The notes under the pieces are model-generated. The model searched no databases. It was not told where the DNA came from and saw only the letters and a program-made list of their open reading frames with translations. The position numbers and the translations under genes are program-made. Below are positions 1-12,088 of a DNA stretch of 49,268 nt, piece by piece; position 1 is the first letter of the stretch; each line of letters begins with the position of its first letter. The stretch lies in the NCBI GenBank assembly GCA_026023565.1, contig JAPETS010000031.1, positions 310,001-359,268 on the forward strand. The letters are read 5' to 3'. The stretch comes from Cirrosporium novae-zelandiae. Its lineage: Eukaryota.

Positions 1-1582
1 TTAGCATAGGAGGTGCTGCCGCTTGAATAAGTGTCATTCAAGAGCCAACGAAGTTGGGTACCATCCTCGTGGGCTCTGTTCGAAAGAGCACTCTGAGGGG
101 TTGCCAAATACCAAAAAGAACCTTGCCCACTGCCACCTACTTCGGCGCAATGACCCTGGTATACGTCATCAGAACCTTCGACATTCATGACAGTATTGGG
201 GCCACCCATAGCAGGTCCGGCATGAGCGCCAAATATGGCCATGGATTTCGGGCTGCTCAGAGGAAGTGCGTTGTTCTTATTTTTTAGCACTGCGAGGGAA
301 GCTGCTGCATGTTGACGGGCTAGCTTTGTGTGGTTCTTACGTGGATCAACATAATCAGTTGTTCCCGCGAGAGATGCAAAGCTGCCGTCCAGTTGGTTCA
401 GCTTGTAAGCTGAAATAACATTACGAATCACCATGTCATTCAGTCGAGCTGTTGTTAGGGATCCGTTGCTCAATGCTGTCGTCATTGTCTCCGTGCTCCA
501 GTACGAGGAAGAACCATAGTCAAGACCAGCATTGGCAGAGTTCAAAGCAGTTTTCTGGCCTCCAACATCGGAGTCAACATAGCCTGGAAAGCCTAGTTCT
601 GTTTTCAGAAGGCCAGCCAGCAGGGCTTGGTTTTCGCAGGACTGTTGTAGAATTAGCATGAAATCATTATATCTTGGTAGAAGCTTCATACAAATGTCTA
701 GTAAAAGGTTAGCAGTTTGCTTTTTGGTTGAATGATAAGGATTTCTTACCTCGTTAACTTTATTCATAGCGCACATGACAGCTCCCATGCCATTCTTGAC
801 AGCATCATAAAATGGCCACAAATAGGTCTCATGTATCGTCTTGTCATCTGCACTGCTGTCGACCGTTGTACGATCATTTTCTTGCTCATTCAATAGAAAA
901 TGCTATTGTCATGAATTAGGTCAAACCCCAAGAAGCTAGGAAGGTAACTTTACCTTTCCGTTGGGAGTGACACCAGCACTGCTTATCCCCTTGATAGCTA
1001 ATCCAAACGAAATACCCTGGTTATGTGGTCAGTGCTTTGTCTAGAAATAGAAGTATGTGCCTAATGACCTACATTTAGATATGCATCCGGTCCATAACCC
1101 TCGGCAGCACGCCCTCCCCATGGATTTCTCCCCATTGGTTCACCCATGGGCGAATTGCCAACCTGGTAGCCTTTTGCGGCCAGCTCAGACCCTAAGGCAT
1201 TGTACTGTGCAAGTATCATGTCCCGATCCCAGGTCATTGCCATAGCATGACCCACTGGCCATGTTGTGGCATAGTAGTAATCCAGGATGGCATTACCCGA
1301 ATCCCTTGCGTTGAGGGCAGTCCAGTTGACGCGAGCCACATCGGATTGAGTGATAATGGCAAGTTTCTCGGTAGTGTTGAGGCTATCCACCAAGGTCTTT
1401 GCCTTGTTATATGCTGCCTGCCATTCACCCAACTCGACTATTGCTTCATTAGCGATGCTTTCATTTGGGGGAACAGTTTATGTACTTGTGCCGGACGAGA
1501 GAAGTTGGCTGGTATAATTCGAAATGGCAGTCGCTGAAGTCCCGCTTAGCAAAGCGAGACAGAGAACAAGCGGTGATAACAT
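1..1582 (-). CDS. Secreted glycoside hydrolase family 3 beta-glucosidase (BglD-like), multi-exon; 3' part lies beyond window start
   Basis: ATG at 1582 gives signal peptide MLSPLVLCLALLSGTSATA. Spliced exons encode GH3 motifs GRNPWGGRAAEGYGPDAYLNG, HFLLNEQENDR, DDKTIHETYLWPFYDAVKNGMGAVMCAMNKVN and LKTELGFPGYVDSDVGGQK (nucleophile Asp region). Several GT-AG introns. Confidence 0.92.
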
Positions 1583-2883
1583 CTTCAAATGCTATCTTGA
1601 TGGCAATGTACAGAATGAGTCAATGAACGACGAATGTGATATGGAAAAGAGTTCCCTCATCGTTTTCTACCTCATTTTATATATTCCTCAACATCTCAGT
1701 GATTACGCGTCAAATGGTTGACCGTCCATCGCACAACGAGGTCGTCTCCGACCCGTACCTAGATTTTTGGTGGGTCCGAGGCATTGAGGCTCAAGAAACA
1801 TGAAGAAAAACGATGAGCAGGGAAGACAGATGAAGCAATAAGGTACTAGCGTTGATGGGCTATGTGAAACGAAACAAGCAATGATTGCCAACGAGTAGTT
1901 AGTTTGATAGCTTGATGTTAAATGGGATGAAGAATTGCGACGACTTCAATCTTATCCAAGCAAACCCTGTAACGATGAACAGTTTCAATTTCTACTTTTA
2001 GTTCGTTGGATGATTGAACGACTTTCAAAAACAAAGGATACAAATCAAATAAAAGTGAAGATCGAAGACTAATAGAAGGTTATAAAATAGTTTACATGAT
2101 AATATGGTAGAGAATGAAAAACATATTAATAGTTGACTATTGAATTGACTAATTATTAATGTTATAGAAAAGCCGGATAGGAAAGGAGAATAAAGATTGG
2201 ATAGCAAGATCAAATCTTATCAACCAATCTAATCTAATCTCATAAATTTTGGCACATAGACATGTCACCAATCACCATAAGAGGCTTAGAGAAATGATTT
2301 TCTGAGACAAAGACCCATCTAATCGTATAAAGTCGTCAGTCCATGAAACTTCTATTAAAACATTAAATAACCGGTAAAGGAATCCAAATCGGGTATTTTT
2401 CGGCATTGTTGTGTAACAGTCAGTCCATGGGGCGGAAATTCCATCCAAGAATACATAATTAACTCCGAAGTGTCCACCTCCTTGGAGGTTTCGAAGTTTT
2501 GAAAGAGTTATTTACCTAGACATTTAGGATTATATCCACTTGTTGTTGTGTCATGTAGCTTGTCATGTAGCTTGTCAGAAAACTCGTCTTTTACCTCTTG
2601 TGTTGCAAATTGAATTCTCGCGAAGATCTCCCGGGTCACGTGTTGGAATGTTTTCAGTTGTCGGGCAAAAAGAAGCCGACAGGACAAGAAATGACAATTT
2701 ATTAATTATTTTATGAAAGTTAAGAAATCCTCGAGTAGAATCAAGAATTACTCAAAGACAAAGGTCGTCTTTGACTCCAAGTTTAAGTTTCCTTGGCCTC
2801 ACAATTGATATCTATCTAGCTATCTACTAGCTACCCACCTTATTGTTCCTGATTCCTTCAGCTCTCAACTCTTTTTTTTGTAC

Positions 2884-2918
2884 CTTATCTACCATCTCTT
2901 ATCATTACTCAACTTATC
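2884..2918. promoter_or_regulatory. Cluster of three GATA sites (CTTATC = GATAAG) upstream of the NCS1 permease; candidate AreA/NIT2 nitrogen-catabolite elements
   Basis: CTTATC at 2884, 2898 and 2913, about 150-180 bp upstream of ATG 3067. Confidence 0.55.
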
Positions 2919-3066
2919 ACGCGAAATCCCGAGGGATACAACTATGCTTGCGCTTAGCCCGAGGACCTCAAAATAATATAATGTATACTGATCCTTAAAC
3001 CTCATGAAATGGATAATTTTTCATTTTTTTCTATTGGAAGCTGTTCCTTGCCCATCTAACGTCATC

Positions 3067-5208
3067 ATGCTGTCAGAAGAATCCAAGGCCAAGGCCAAAT
3101 ATTGGGCCAAACGACTAGAATGTCCCGTCGATGAAAATGCCAATTATGAGAATACCTATGTGTGAAACTCAATGCTTCTCCATCATCTTAACATGCTGAC
3201 TATTTCAAGTGGTGCAACCGTGATCTCATCCCAATTCCAGACGACCGAAGAACATGGATATGGCAAGGCTTTGCAGGTCGGTTCATCAGCCATTGACACC
3301 AACACCTAGCTCTAGTACAATGAGCTAACGCAGAATCAAATCGACAGGGTACTGGATTATCACCGGTAATCGAGACAATCCAGTCAAAATAATGTGCCAA
3401 AGGGTTAATGAGTGTCAAAGGTGCAAACAACTCTGCCTGGACCGCAGGTTCAACGCTATTTGCATTGGGTCTCAGCTTCAGTCAAACAATGGGTGTGGTT
3501 GTGGGCGGATCTTTGATTATTGCCATGATTGCAGTCATTGCTGGATGGATGGGTTCTCATGACTATCTTGGCTTTACAGTCATGTCTCGAGCGTAGGGTA
3601 TCCGCCTATCAACTTATTCTCGTACTAATGTTGGGATAGATCCTGGGGTATGCGTGGTGGGTTTTGGCCTGTTCTCAACAGAATTATGACGGCCTGCATT
3701 TGGGTAAGCTTTTGACGACACTATATCGAGATATTGAAAGAACCAGAAGCTGAACTAGCAACTAGATGGGCATCCAGACGTATTGGGGCGGGCAAGCAGT
3801 CAAAATCATTCTTGGTGCAATCATCGGTCCTAAATTTGCGTACATGAACAATACTCTCCCCGCATCGGCAAATGTGGATACATGCAGTCTCGTCAGCTTC
3901 TTCATTTTCCTGGCCATTTTCTGCCCCTTTTACCTCTTACCCCCAGAAAAACTACAGACACCTTTGAAGGTATGTATTCGCTCTCCTAAAGGGATTCGAG
4001 TTTTGGGACTGATATATTGTTAAGGTTGCTTTTGTAATGATTGTTTGTAATATCTTTGGACTTTTAATCTGGGCAATGAGGACAGCACATGGAGCAGGGG
4101 AATTGGTCAGTACTCCATCTACCGTGAATGGAAGTACTTTGAGTTGGAATGCCCTCTATGGAATCCAAGCGATTCTCGGATTATGGAGTGGCGGAATCGT
4201 GGGCCAGTCAGGTGCACATCTTCAAAACCCATCCCTAGTTGCAAAAACTGAAATATATTAGATTGGACTCGTTATGCAAAAACGCAAAATGCTTCAATCT
4301 TCGGGCAAGGTGTCACGGCTCCATTGACGATTATCGTCACAGCACTTTGTGGTGCTTTGATAACATCTGGCGCATATACCATCTACGGCGAATACTTCTG
4401 GAACCCATTCGAGCTACTCCTCCACATCCAGCAAGTTTCCATGACGCCTGCTGCCCGAGCAGGTACCTTTTTCTCCGGTTTAGCATTTCTCGCATCGCAA
4501 ATGGCACTTTGCATCGTTCTCAATGCCATATCCACCGGAATGGACATGGCTGCTTTGTGTCCGAAATGGATCAATATCCGCCGAGGATGTTTCATACTGA
4601 CCCTGATTGCCGTTGCCGTCTGTCCTTGGAATTATGTCAATCAAGCTTCAACCTTTATCACGGTGCTGTCAGGCTGGTCTGTGTTTTTAAGTGGAATGAC
4701 GGGTATTTTGATCAGCGACTATTTCCTCGTTCGACATTGCGAGCTTCATATAGGCGACATGTATATGGGCAATAGCTCCTCTGCTTATTGGTACACAGCC
4801 GGCTTCAACTGGCGAGCCTTTGTCGCCTGGGCGATGGGCCTTTGGCCATTAATGCGTGAGTTCCCATCAACCTCGTAATGCCCTACCAAAGTCACACTAA
4901 CACACTACCTCATCCTCAAAGCTGGCTTCGTCCGACGCATCCAGGGAACTGCCACTGGCAATGGTTGGGACCACGTCTATGACCTGAGCTACTTCTTCGG
5001 CTTCTTTGTTTCTCTCGTTCTCTACTGGGCGCTCTCGACCCTATTCCCCACCAAGAAACAAAGAGGCAAATCGCCATTTGTCATGGAACTACACATCGTG
5101 GATGGATTGGACGGAGGAGCCATCTCACCATCGGAGAAATCAAATTATGGGGAAGAGAAGAATAATGTTACGACTGAGGCGGGAGAGAAGACTGTACTAG
5201 ATGTGTGA
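3067..5208 (+). CDS. NCS1 family nucleobase:cation symporter (Fur4/Dal4-like uracil/allantoin-type permease), multi-exon
   Basis: Spliced translation gives WCNRDLIPIPDDRRTWIWQGFAGYW, MSRASWGMRGGFWPVLNRIMTACIWMGIQTYWGG, DWTRYAK, PKWINIRRG and YWYTAGFNWRA. Stop TGA at 5206-5208. Includes an 18-nt exon at 3348-3365. Confidence 0.93.
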
Positions 5209-6475
5209 GGAGGATCGTTTGACTGGAAAGGATAATGTGTCGATGACAGCTCTAATTTTTATAAGGAGTAGCTTTATTTTATCATTATATTCCATAAAGA
5301 AAATCATTCAAATCTATCCCAGCCAACCCAACCAACTAACCCAACTACTATTATGCTCAGAACAACCCCCCCCTCACTCTCCACGTGTTGCTTTTATCCC
5401 TTCTCAATTATAAATATAAAAAATCATACGCAGAAGAGCACTCACTTAGGAAGCCAAAACTTGGGCTTTTAGATACCCGGGAATCAGCAGGTCCCTACCA
5501 GAACTCTATGGAATAGAGTTGGTGTTTGTGTGTAATAACTTGGTTGAACTAGAAACATCGGAAGTCTTGTACTTGGATCAAGTCACGTCTTCTAAGTCAG
5601 GACAATGAAGATGATTCTTCTTAAGAGGTACAAGAGGTGACGGCCAAGGTCCGAAACAAAGTGTTGAGAGGTAAAACTTCCAGCTCTTTCCAACAGAGCC
5701 TTACTTTTGTCCAAGACTACAGCCCCAACATGCAGAAACTCCCTTGGTCAGTCCTTAAATTGCTCAACAAGACTCACCTTCATGACCCACTAGAAATCCG
5801 AGGGACAGAGGACCTTAGGGGGTTAAGAGAAGTTGTGAGATGTCAAAAATTATTAGTAAGATGTATAACTAGCTACCTAGGTACCCAGGTACTAATATAG
5901 CAAACTAGGCAAACGCTGCAAACTAACCAAATCCACAACAAGTTTCCCAAGTCTCATTGCTGGATGAGAAAATACAGTGGGTTCTCTCGTATTCGCATCT
6001 CTCGTATTCGCATCTCTCAAGTTCATTCCTGGTTCCTGGTCCCTGGCGACTAGAGTAAGCTGCTTCTATTTCTGGTTAGTTTAATAATTAAGGCAAACAG
6101 ACTTTAAAGTGATCCAATCTAATCTAATCAAATTATGCATTCATTATAGTGCTATACAGGTAGCTCAGCGGCTCAAAACGCTAAACCTCCTTGTTAAGCA
6201 ATGCCACCTGCAGTATGTAGAAAAGAAAGCCATCAAAGTCGAAGATGGAACCAGAAAAATATCCTCTGAAAAACCTTCAAAAAAAATTGCCATATGTTTA
6301 AACCCTAATTTTGCTTTTTGGGTTCGGTCGCTTTCATCTCATTTGCCAAAAGTAGAAGATGTACAGAGTCATCGCAAAGGCCATTTATTCCAATTGCTGT
6401 CCTCAATATTTGTAGCTGACAAATGCTTTCATCAGCTCATCTTCCGTCTAGCATCTAACCCTCCGACCTTTTGCA

Positions 6476-7204
6476 TCAGCCTTGGCTATCGCGATGTAGT
6501 GGACAGGACATTTTTCCTCCCGTCGTAATAGACCATTTTTTAATACAATCCGCATGCCATACACAGAGCCTCCCACAAGAAAGTCTTCCCAATTCTTGCC
6601 CAGTCTCAAAATTGTCGAGGCATATATTGCATTCCCGCTTATTAGCATCTTCATCGAAGCAATCCTTCCGTAATGCGGTAAAAGTCTTCAAGGTGGGTGG
6701 AGGGAGATGCATTAGATCATGCAGGGTCTCTGATCTAGACATATTGTTTCTCATGATTCTTACTCTCGTTCTTCGATTTGTATTGATGCTTGGTTGCGGA
6801 GCCAAGTCTTCATCCGAATCCTCCGTCAAATCAATGTAGGTAACTGGAGGGAGTTGCTGAAATAATCGGCGAGGTGGTACAACATGTGGTTCTTCATCAT
6901 CTGATGAAAGATCGATGACCTCTATCCTTGCATGTTGTGATGGTCTAGGGCCTGTATTTATGTGATTCCCCTCTTCCATCTCTGAGTGACCCCTCTTTCT
7001 TGCGTTATCCCTTTCACTTCCTCGAGAATTATGCTCCCTCCTTTGTTGGTTATTATGCCGGGGGGATGAAGGATAGGGATCAAAGCTTTTGAGTCTTGGG
7101 CCTTCGAAATAAAGCCGGGGTGGAGGTAGGCTTATCGGTGGCATTGGGCGGGATGCTCGCAGGTTACTTGATTGCATGGAGCGAGATGGCGGCATAGTGT
7201 GCAC
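6476..7204 (-). CDS. Intronless RING-finger protein (ZNRF/Pib1-type modified RING at C-terminus) with two SUMO-interacting-motif-like segments
   Basis: 242-aa ORF. C-terminal CNIC-x14-CGRLCVWHADC-x13-CPLH. IEVIDLSSDDEE and YIDLTEDSDED lie in a Pro/Arg-rich, disordered-looking N-terminal region. Confidence 0.75.
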   Translation of the reverse strand: MHTMPPSRSMQSSNLRASRPMPPISLPPPRLYFEGPRLKSFDPYPSSPRHNNQQRREHNSRGSERDNARKRGHSEMEEGNHINTGPRPSQHARIEVIDLSSDDEEPHVVPPRRLFQQLPPVTYIDLTEDSDEDLAPQPSINTNRRTRVRIMRNNMSRSETLHDLMHLPPPTLKTFTALRKDCFDEDANKRECNICLDNFETGQELGRLSCGRLCVWHADCIKKWSITTGGKMSCPLHRDSQG

Positions 7205-7723
7205 GTTGATGAGTTATTAAGAGTGAGTTGAGTGTAGCCTTATCCCGCCAAATAATATGGCGAACGCTGTCCTAGATCTGCAAGTTGTTAATGGCCAGCA
7301 GGTAATTTGTGGAGGTAATATTCTTTATCTGAGCTAACTTGCCTCTTTGAAGAAATGAGCTTCTAGTAACAAAGATTTATGCTAGGAGCCTAGAGGTATG
7401 GGAGTCGGTCGTGGTCGTTATTAGAAGAATGAATAGTGAAGGGATAGGCTGAGAGATGTGAGGGAGGGTTGTAGGCGTTATTAGATTATTAGATGAATGA
7501 GTAGTGAAGCCAGGAAGGGTGTGGAAAAGTGATGGAGAGTGTCCTGACATCAGAACGACCTTGAAGCTAAGCAATTGGGGGGTTATAGCGCCAAGCAACC
7601 CCCCTTCGCCTGTGAAACAACCCATTTTGAAAACAAAACTCCTCAGAGGGAAATAGTAGGCTGTTCAACAAAATACAAGTTCAAATAAAAAAAATAAAAA
7701 AATAAAAAACTAAAAAACTAAAA

Positions 7724-7842
7724 ACATACAACAGTAGGTATTCGCTGGTCGTCACCGACCCAACTACTAACCTACCGGTCTCAAGTTTATGTATGGCAGA
7801 GCGGACGGGATGCCCAGTTCTCTTGAGCCTGTGGTCGTATGT
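7724..7842 (-). rRNA. 5S rRNA gene (dispersed copy 1)
   Basis: Reverse complement reads ACATACGACCACAGG...CCCGTCCGCTCTGCC...GTTAGTAGTTGGGTCGGTGACGACCAGCGAATAC...TGTTGTATGT (119 nt), followed by oligo-T Pol III terminator tracts. Confidence 0.97.
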
Positions 7843-8330
7843 ATCAGGAAGACTTTTTTTAAATATTATAACACAATCACTCAATACCAAAAAAATCAAG
7901 ATTCAGCATGTTTCAGCCAGCCCACCAGTCTAGTTCATATTTCAGCCAGCCATAAATTCTACTATTGTACCTTTTTCACATTGGTGTCCTGTGATTCCAC
8001 AAACTTAATTATTTAGACTTTGCTTTTTCTCATTTCGAGGGCCCAGATCACTTAGAGCCACTTACAAATAAGGACGCTTTTCCAAAAATGACAATACCAA
8101 ATATCCCAAAAAGTCGAGATTCATGGACCTGTTGAAGCCATGTACATCGGTTAGGAGCTTGCTATGCGATAGCTTCATTCCACCATGAGTCCAGAAGACT
8201 TTTTCAGACATTTAAAGCCTCCAGATACTGCTCCATGCCAGACATTCCTTGTTTCCTTTGGAACCCCAGATCCAAACCTCGTCACATAACACATTTGGAA
8301 ACTTGTTAGCTCATAAAATTGATCGTTACC

Positions 8331-10050
8331 ATGACAGAATCTCTATCTTCAGCCAGAATTTCCCAGCCCAAAGATTCCGCACCAAAACGCATCATCATTT
8401 GCTGTGATGGGACATGGCAATCCTCTACTACAGACCAAGCGAACGTTCCTTCAAACGTCACTCGGCTCTGTCGACACCTTGCCCGTGCGGGGACAGATGC
8501 AGACGGAAAAGTTTGGCAACAAATCGTCTATTATGATTCCGGCGTCGGTACAGGAGACTTGACTAAATTTGAAAAGAACCGACAAGGTGGCACGGGTATT
8601 GGACTTGCACTTAACGTCATTGAAGCTTATAACTTTATTGCCCTCAACTATCAGCCTAGGGATGAAATTTTTTGCTTTGGGTTTTCAAGAGGCGCCTATA
8701 CTGCGCGTGCCGTTGCTGGTCTGGTAACAGACATTGGTATCTGTGAGCCGAGGTCTTTACAATTACTCCCCGAGATCTACAAACTCTACAAGAAGAACAT
8801 AACTGGAAAGCCATTCCGAAAGACAACAGCATGGAAGGAGTTTGTCGAGGGTAAGGAGGCCAAAGATTCTCCACCAAGAGATCCCAATGCTTATAAAGGT
8901 GGGAAACCACCGAAATGGGAAGTCAAGCCTCATGGAGAGGTTGCGATTCAAGGCTCACGCAAGGTAAAGGTTGTTGGTGTTTGGGATACCGTCGGCTCGC
9001 TTGGAGTTCCGGATATTCGGGGGTGGAATATGAGTAGTTGGAGAAAGGATTACGGGTTTCACAATGTACGCTTGAATAACAGTCAGTTACACACTTTCCT
9101 AAGGAGCCAACGATGAATCTTTAACTCTTGTATTAGATATCGAAAATGCGTTTCATGCGTTAGCCCTTGATGAGCGCCGAGGTCCTTTCACGCCAACGTT
9201 ATGGTATCTACCTAACAAAAAGGAAGGGAAAGAGCACTCCATAGCAGAAGAAGAAGAAGAAGAAGAAGAAGAAGAAGAAGAATCCTCCACAGCGGAACCT
9301 AAACTTCTCCAAGTTTGGTTTCCTGGTGTGCACATCAACATCGGAGGTGGCGACGATGACAGTCTCGAGGAAAAGAAAGGCGACTTAGAGCGTGAGTACA
9401 CCCCACCACATCCCTCACCAAAATACTAACAAACAGCAGAAATCGCAAACATCTCCTTCGCCTGGATGATCGAGCAAGTCCGCCCCTTTCTCGCATTCGA
9501 AACGGCAACCTTCTGCCAAGCGATCCGAGAGCACGAACTCCTCCTGGAAGAAATTGCCGCCGAAGACGAGACCAAGGGTTGGATCGAATGGGGACTCGAA
9601 AAAGCGAGCTTCGGCATGATGTCGTCACCCCCGCGCAAACGAAAAGTCAACAAGGGCTGGGCGACGGGACCCATTATCGATAGCTACTCGGGCAAAATGG
9701 TTGTTCTGGGCGCCATCACCAGGGCGCCCAAGGAGTGCGTCAATGAGGAGAAACAGCTTCTCTCAACCCTTGGCCGGACGAACGAGATGATCCATCCCAC
9801 GGTCAGGTACCGGATAGAAGAATCGAAAGATAAACTAGTGCCATATAAACCCGACGCATTGAAGGGATGGAAAACGAGAAAAGCTACTACACCTAAGCAG
9901 CGAAAAGGCATAGAATTCTTCAAGGGCGATTTGGTTTTGCCAGAATATCAAATCAGAAAATCATCAGAGGATGTTAATATGGAGCGGTTGGCTGTGGATG
10001 GCGAGGCCGTCATCTGGCTGGAGGAGACGGATAGGATTAATGGATTCTGA
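8331..10050 (+). CDS. DUF2235 / Tle1-like alpha/beta-hydrolase domain protein, 3 exons (introns ~9082-9136, ~9392-9439)
   Basis: KRIIICCDGTWQ, PSNVTRL, YYDSGVGT, FGFSRGAYTAR (GxSxG), VGVWDTVGSLG, HALALDERR, QVWFPGVHINIGGG. Confidence 0.92.
9247..9282 (+). repeat. (GAA)12 coding microsatellite (poly-Glu in the DUF2235 protein)
   Basis: 12 perfect GAA units, in frame within exon 2. Confidence 0.95.
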
Positions 10051-10401
10051 TTGATTGATTGCTAGCTTTTATCACCTCTGTTCGGAGAGAAAGAAGTTTG
10101 GAAGAGGAAATCAAGATTATGATTGTGTGTGTGTATGGGTTACCAATGTTTATCTATTTTCTTAATTCTGATTCTGATGATACTACTGTATCTGGATTAC
10201 GAACCATGATGATGGGCCGATGACATGTACAGTAGCACTTGTAAACCTTGAGTAATTGAAACCAATCCCTTGATTATATATATATTTACCCTTCTCAAGT
10301 TGATTCAAGTTCAGCAAATCCACCACTATACCAAAAACATTCACAGGCCGTAAAAACTTTTTCATTATACCAAGGTTTCAAACAACCCCCAACCCCCCCA
10401 A

Positions 10402-12088
10402 TCACGGCCTCCTCCCATAAACAAAATGCACCTTCAAATACCAATGAATGCTCCGATCCCTCAACTCCCCCCTCACCCCCGCAAGCAGAACCTCCGTCTC
10501 CTCCCTCGTCCAACCCAGAACCCTCGTAAATAGAGCTAGAGAATAGGACCCCAGGGCTTGGATTTGTTGCACTTGTTGGTAGCGGCCGATTTCTTTGAGG
10601 AAGGGGTCTTTGGGCCAGGGACTGAGGGGGAGCTGTTTTTGTTGGGAGTTGGGGGGTTAGTTTTGAGATTTTTCTTTTTTTTTGGTGGTGGGATTGGATA
10701 AATGTCCTAAAGGGGGGGGGTTAAGAAGACAAAAAGGCAGGATATCTATGAGAAGAAGAACATATTACGCACTTTGAAAACATCCCTAGTTACATCCACA
10801 AACCCCGCATTCCTCATCCGCTCCTCCCACGTATCCACACAACTCATGCTCTTCCCAAACTTCTCACTCGCTCCCCTCAGCTCCGCCACCCACTTCAAAC
10901 AATTCACCGCCTTCTCCATCGTCCCATCGTCCGAGAACGCCTGCGCCTCCGCCGTCTGCATCTCCAGATACCCACCCGGTTTCAGGTTCTTCATGGCTTG
11001 GGCGAATAGGCGATCGAAGTCTCCGACGAAGCCTAGGAGCTCGCGGCCGTGGATGAAATCGAAATTTTGGGAGTAGGGCCAGGGGGATTCGTAGTCGTCG
11101 ACTTCGAAGACGCAGTTGGCGGGGACCCTAGGGAATTAATTGTTGGGGTTAATGATGCTGTGTCACGTGAGGGTTGGAGGCTGTTGACCCACACCATTTA
11201 GGTTGAATAGGACTTAGGTCGGTGCCTGGGAGGCCATTCTTGTTAGTTCATCCAAGGGAGGTTCAATGGGAGGGGGGGGCAAGCATGCCAATGACTTGTG
11301 CGGCTGGATGTTCACTAGACGCATGGAGATTCTGTCAGGAAAGAAAGATGAAATGGCATTTGCCCGGAAACGGTAGTGTGTGCTCTCACTCTGCAAAATC
11401 AATTGCCCATATGCCAGTTCCTGTTCCAAGATCAAGAACTCGTTGGGGGTTCGGAGGGAGGGGAGCTCGGTAGAGCTTGCCCTTCAGGAGCAATAGATAT
11501 ATGTGATGGCCTAGGTCCATTCGGTCTTGTTCCTCTTCGTCGTTTGGCTGACATGGATTCGTTCAATCGCCTCGGATATTTTAAAGTCGGGGACCAGTGC
11601 TCACCAGAACATATTCGCCCTCTCGAAACGCATGATACCTACGTCCATTCTAATTCCATAGTTAGATATCATTGATAATATCATTTATAGTATACTTTAT
11701 GAACCATCTATTTCGTACCTCATATCTAATCCGTACTTAGCACCAGAGGGATAACCATAAAATGTATTATAGGAGTGATTAAAAGTTTTTTTCTTACTTG
11801 TAGTTTTTCACGCTTGACGAGATTGATGTCTGGTAACTAGCACTTCCTAGCCTTAAGAAAGCAATTGCACTAGATCAGCGAGGGGGACATGACATAAAAC
11901 ACCTCAAAATATCATCACATATCCAAGACACCTACGAGCCATTGAAAGCCGAGTCATTGTCGACCTCTGAGCCCTCCTACACGCCAAGCCATTGTCAGTT
12001 CGGATATCTTTCCTAGGAGATGGTAATGATCGAAACCCACATCTGGTTCAATGTTTGAGATAGGATCCGACGATCGAACGTAAGCCAT
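10402..12088 (-). CDS. LaeA-like / TAM-type SAM-dependent methyltransferase, many short exons
   Basis: Spliced translation gives [85 protein letters not shown] and VHFVYGRRP-stop (10402-10404). It needs a 7-nt microexon at 11719-11725. Confidence 0.9.

Noticed and set aside
5815..5826. Interstitial telomere-like words (TTAGGG near 5815, 42858 and others)
   Set aside because: Single units only, expected by chance.
5450..6470. ORFs 5637-5900 and 6109-6528 as genes or transposase fragments
   Set aside because: No recognisable motifs, non-ATG (GTG) starts, and partial antisense overlap with the RING gene. A 15-bp tandem duplication (TCTCGTATTCGCATC x2, ~5985-6014) is the only clear structure.
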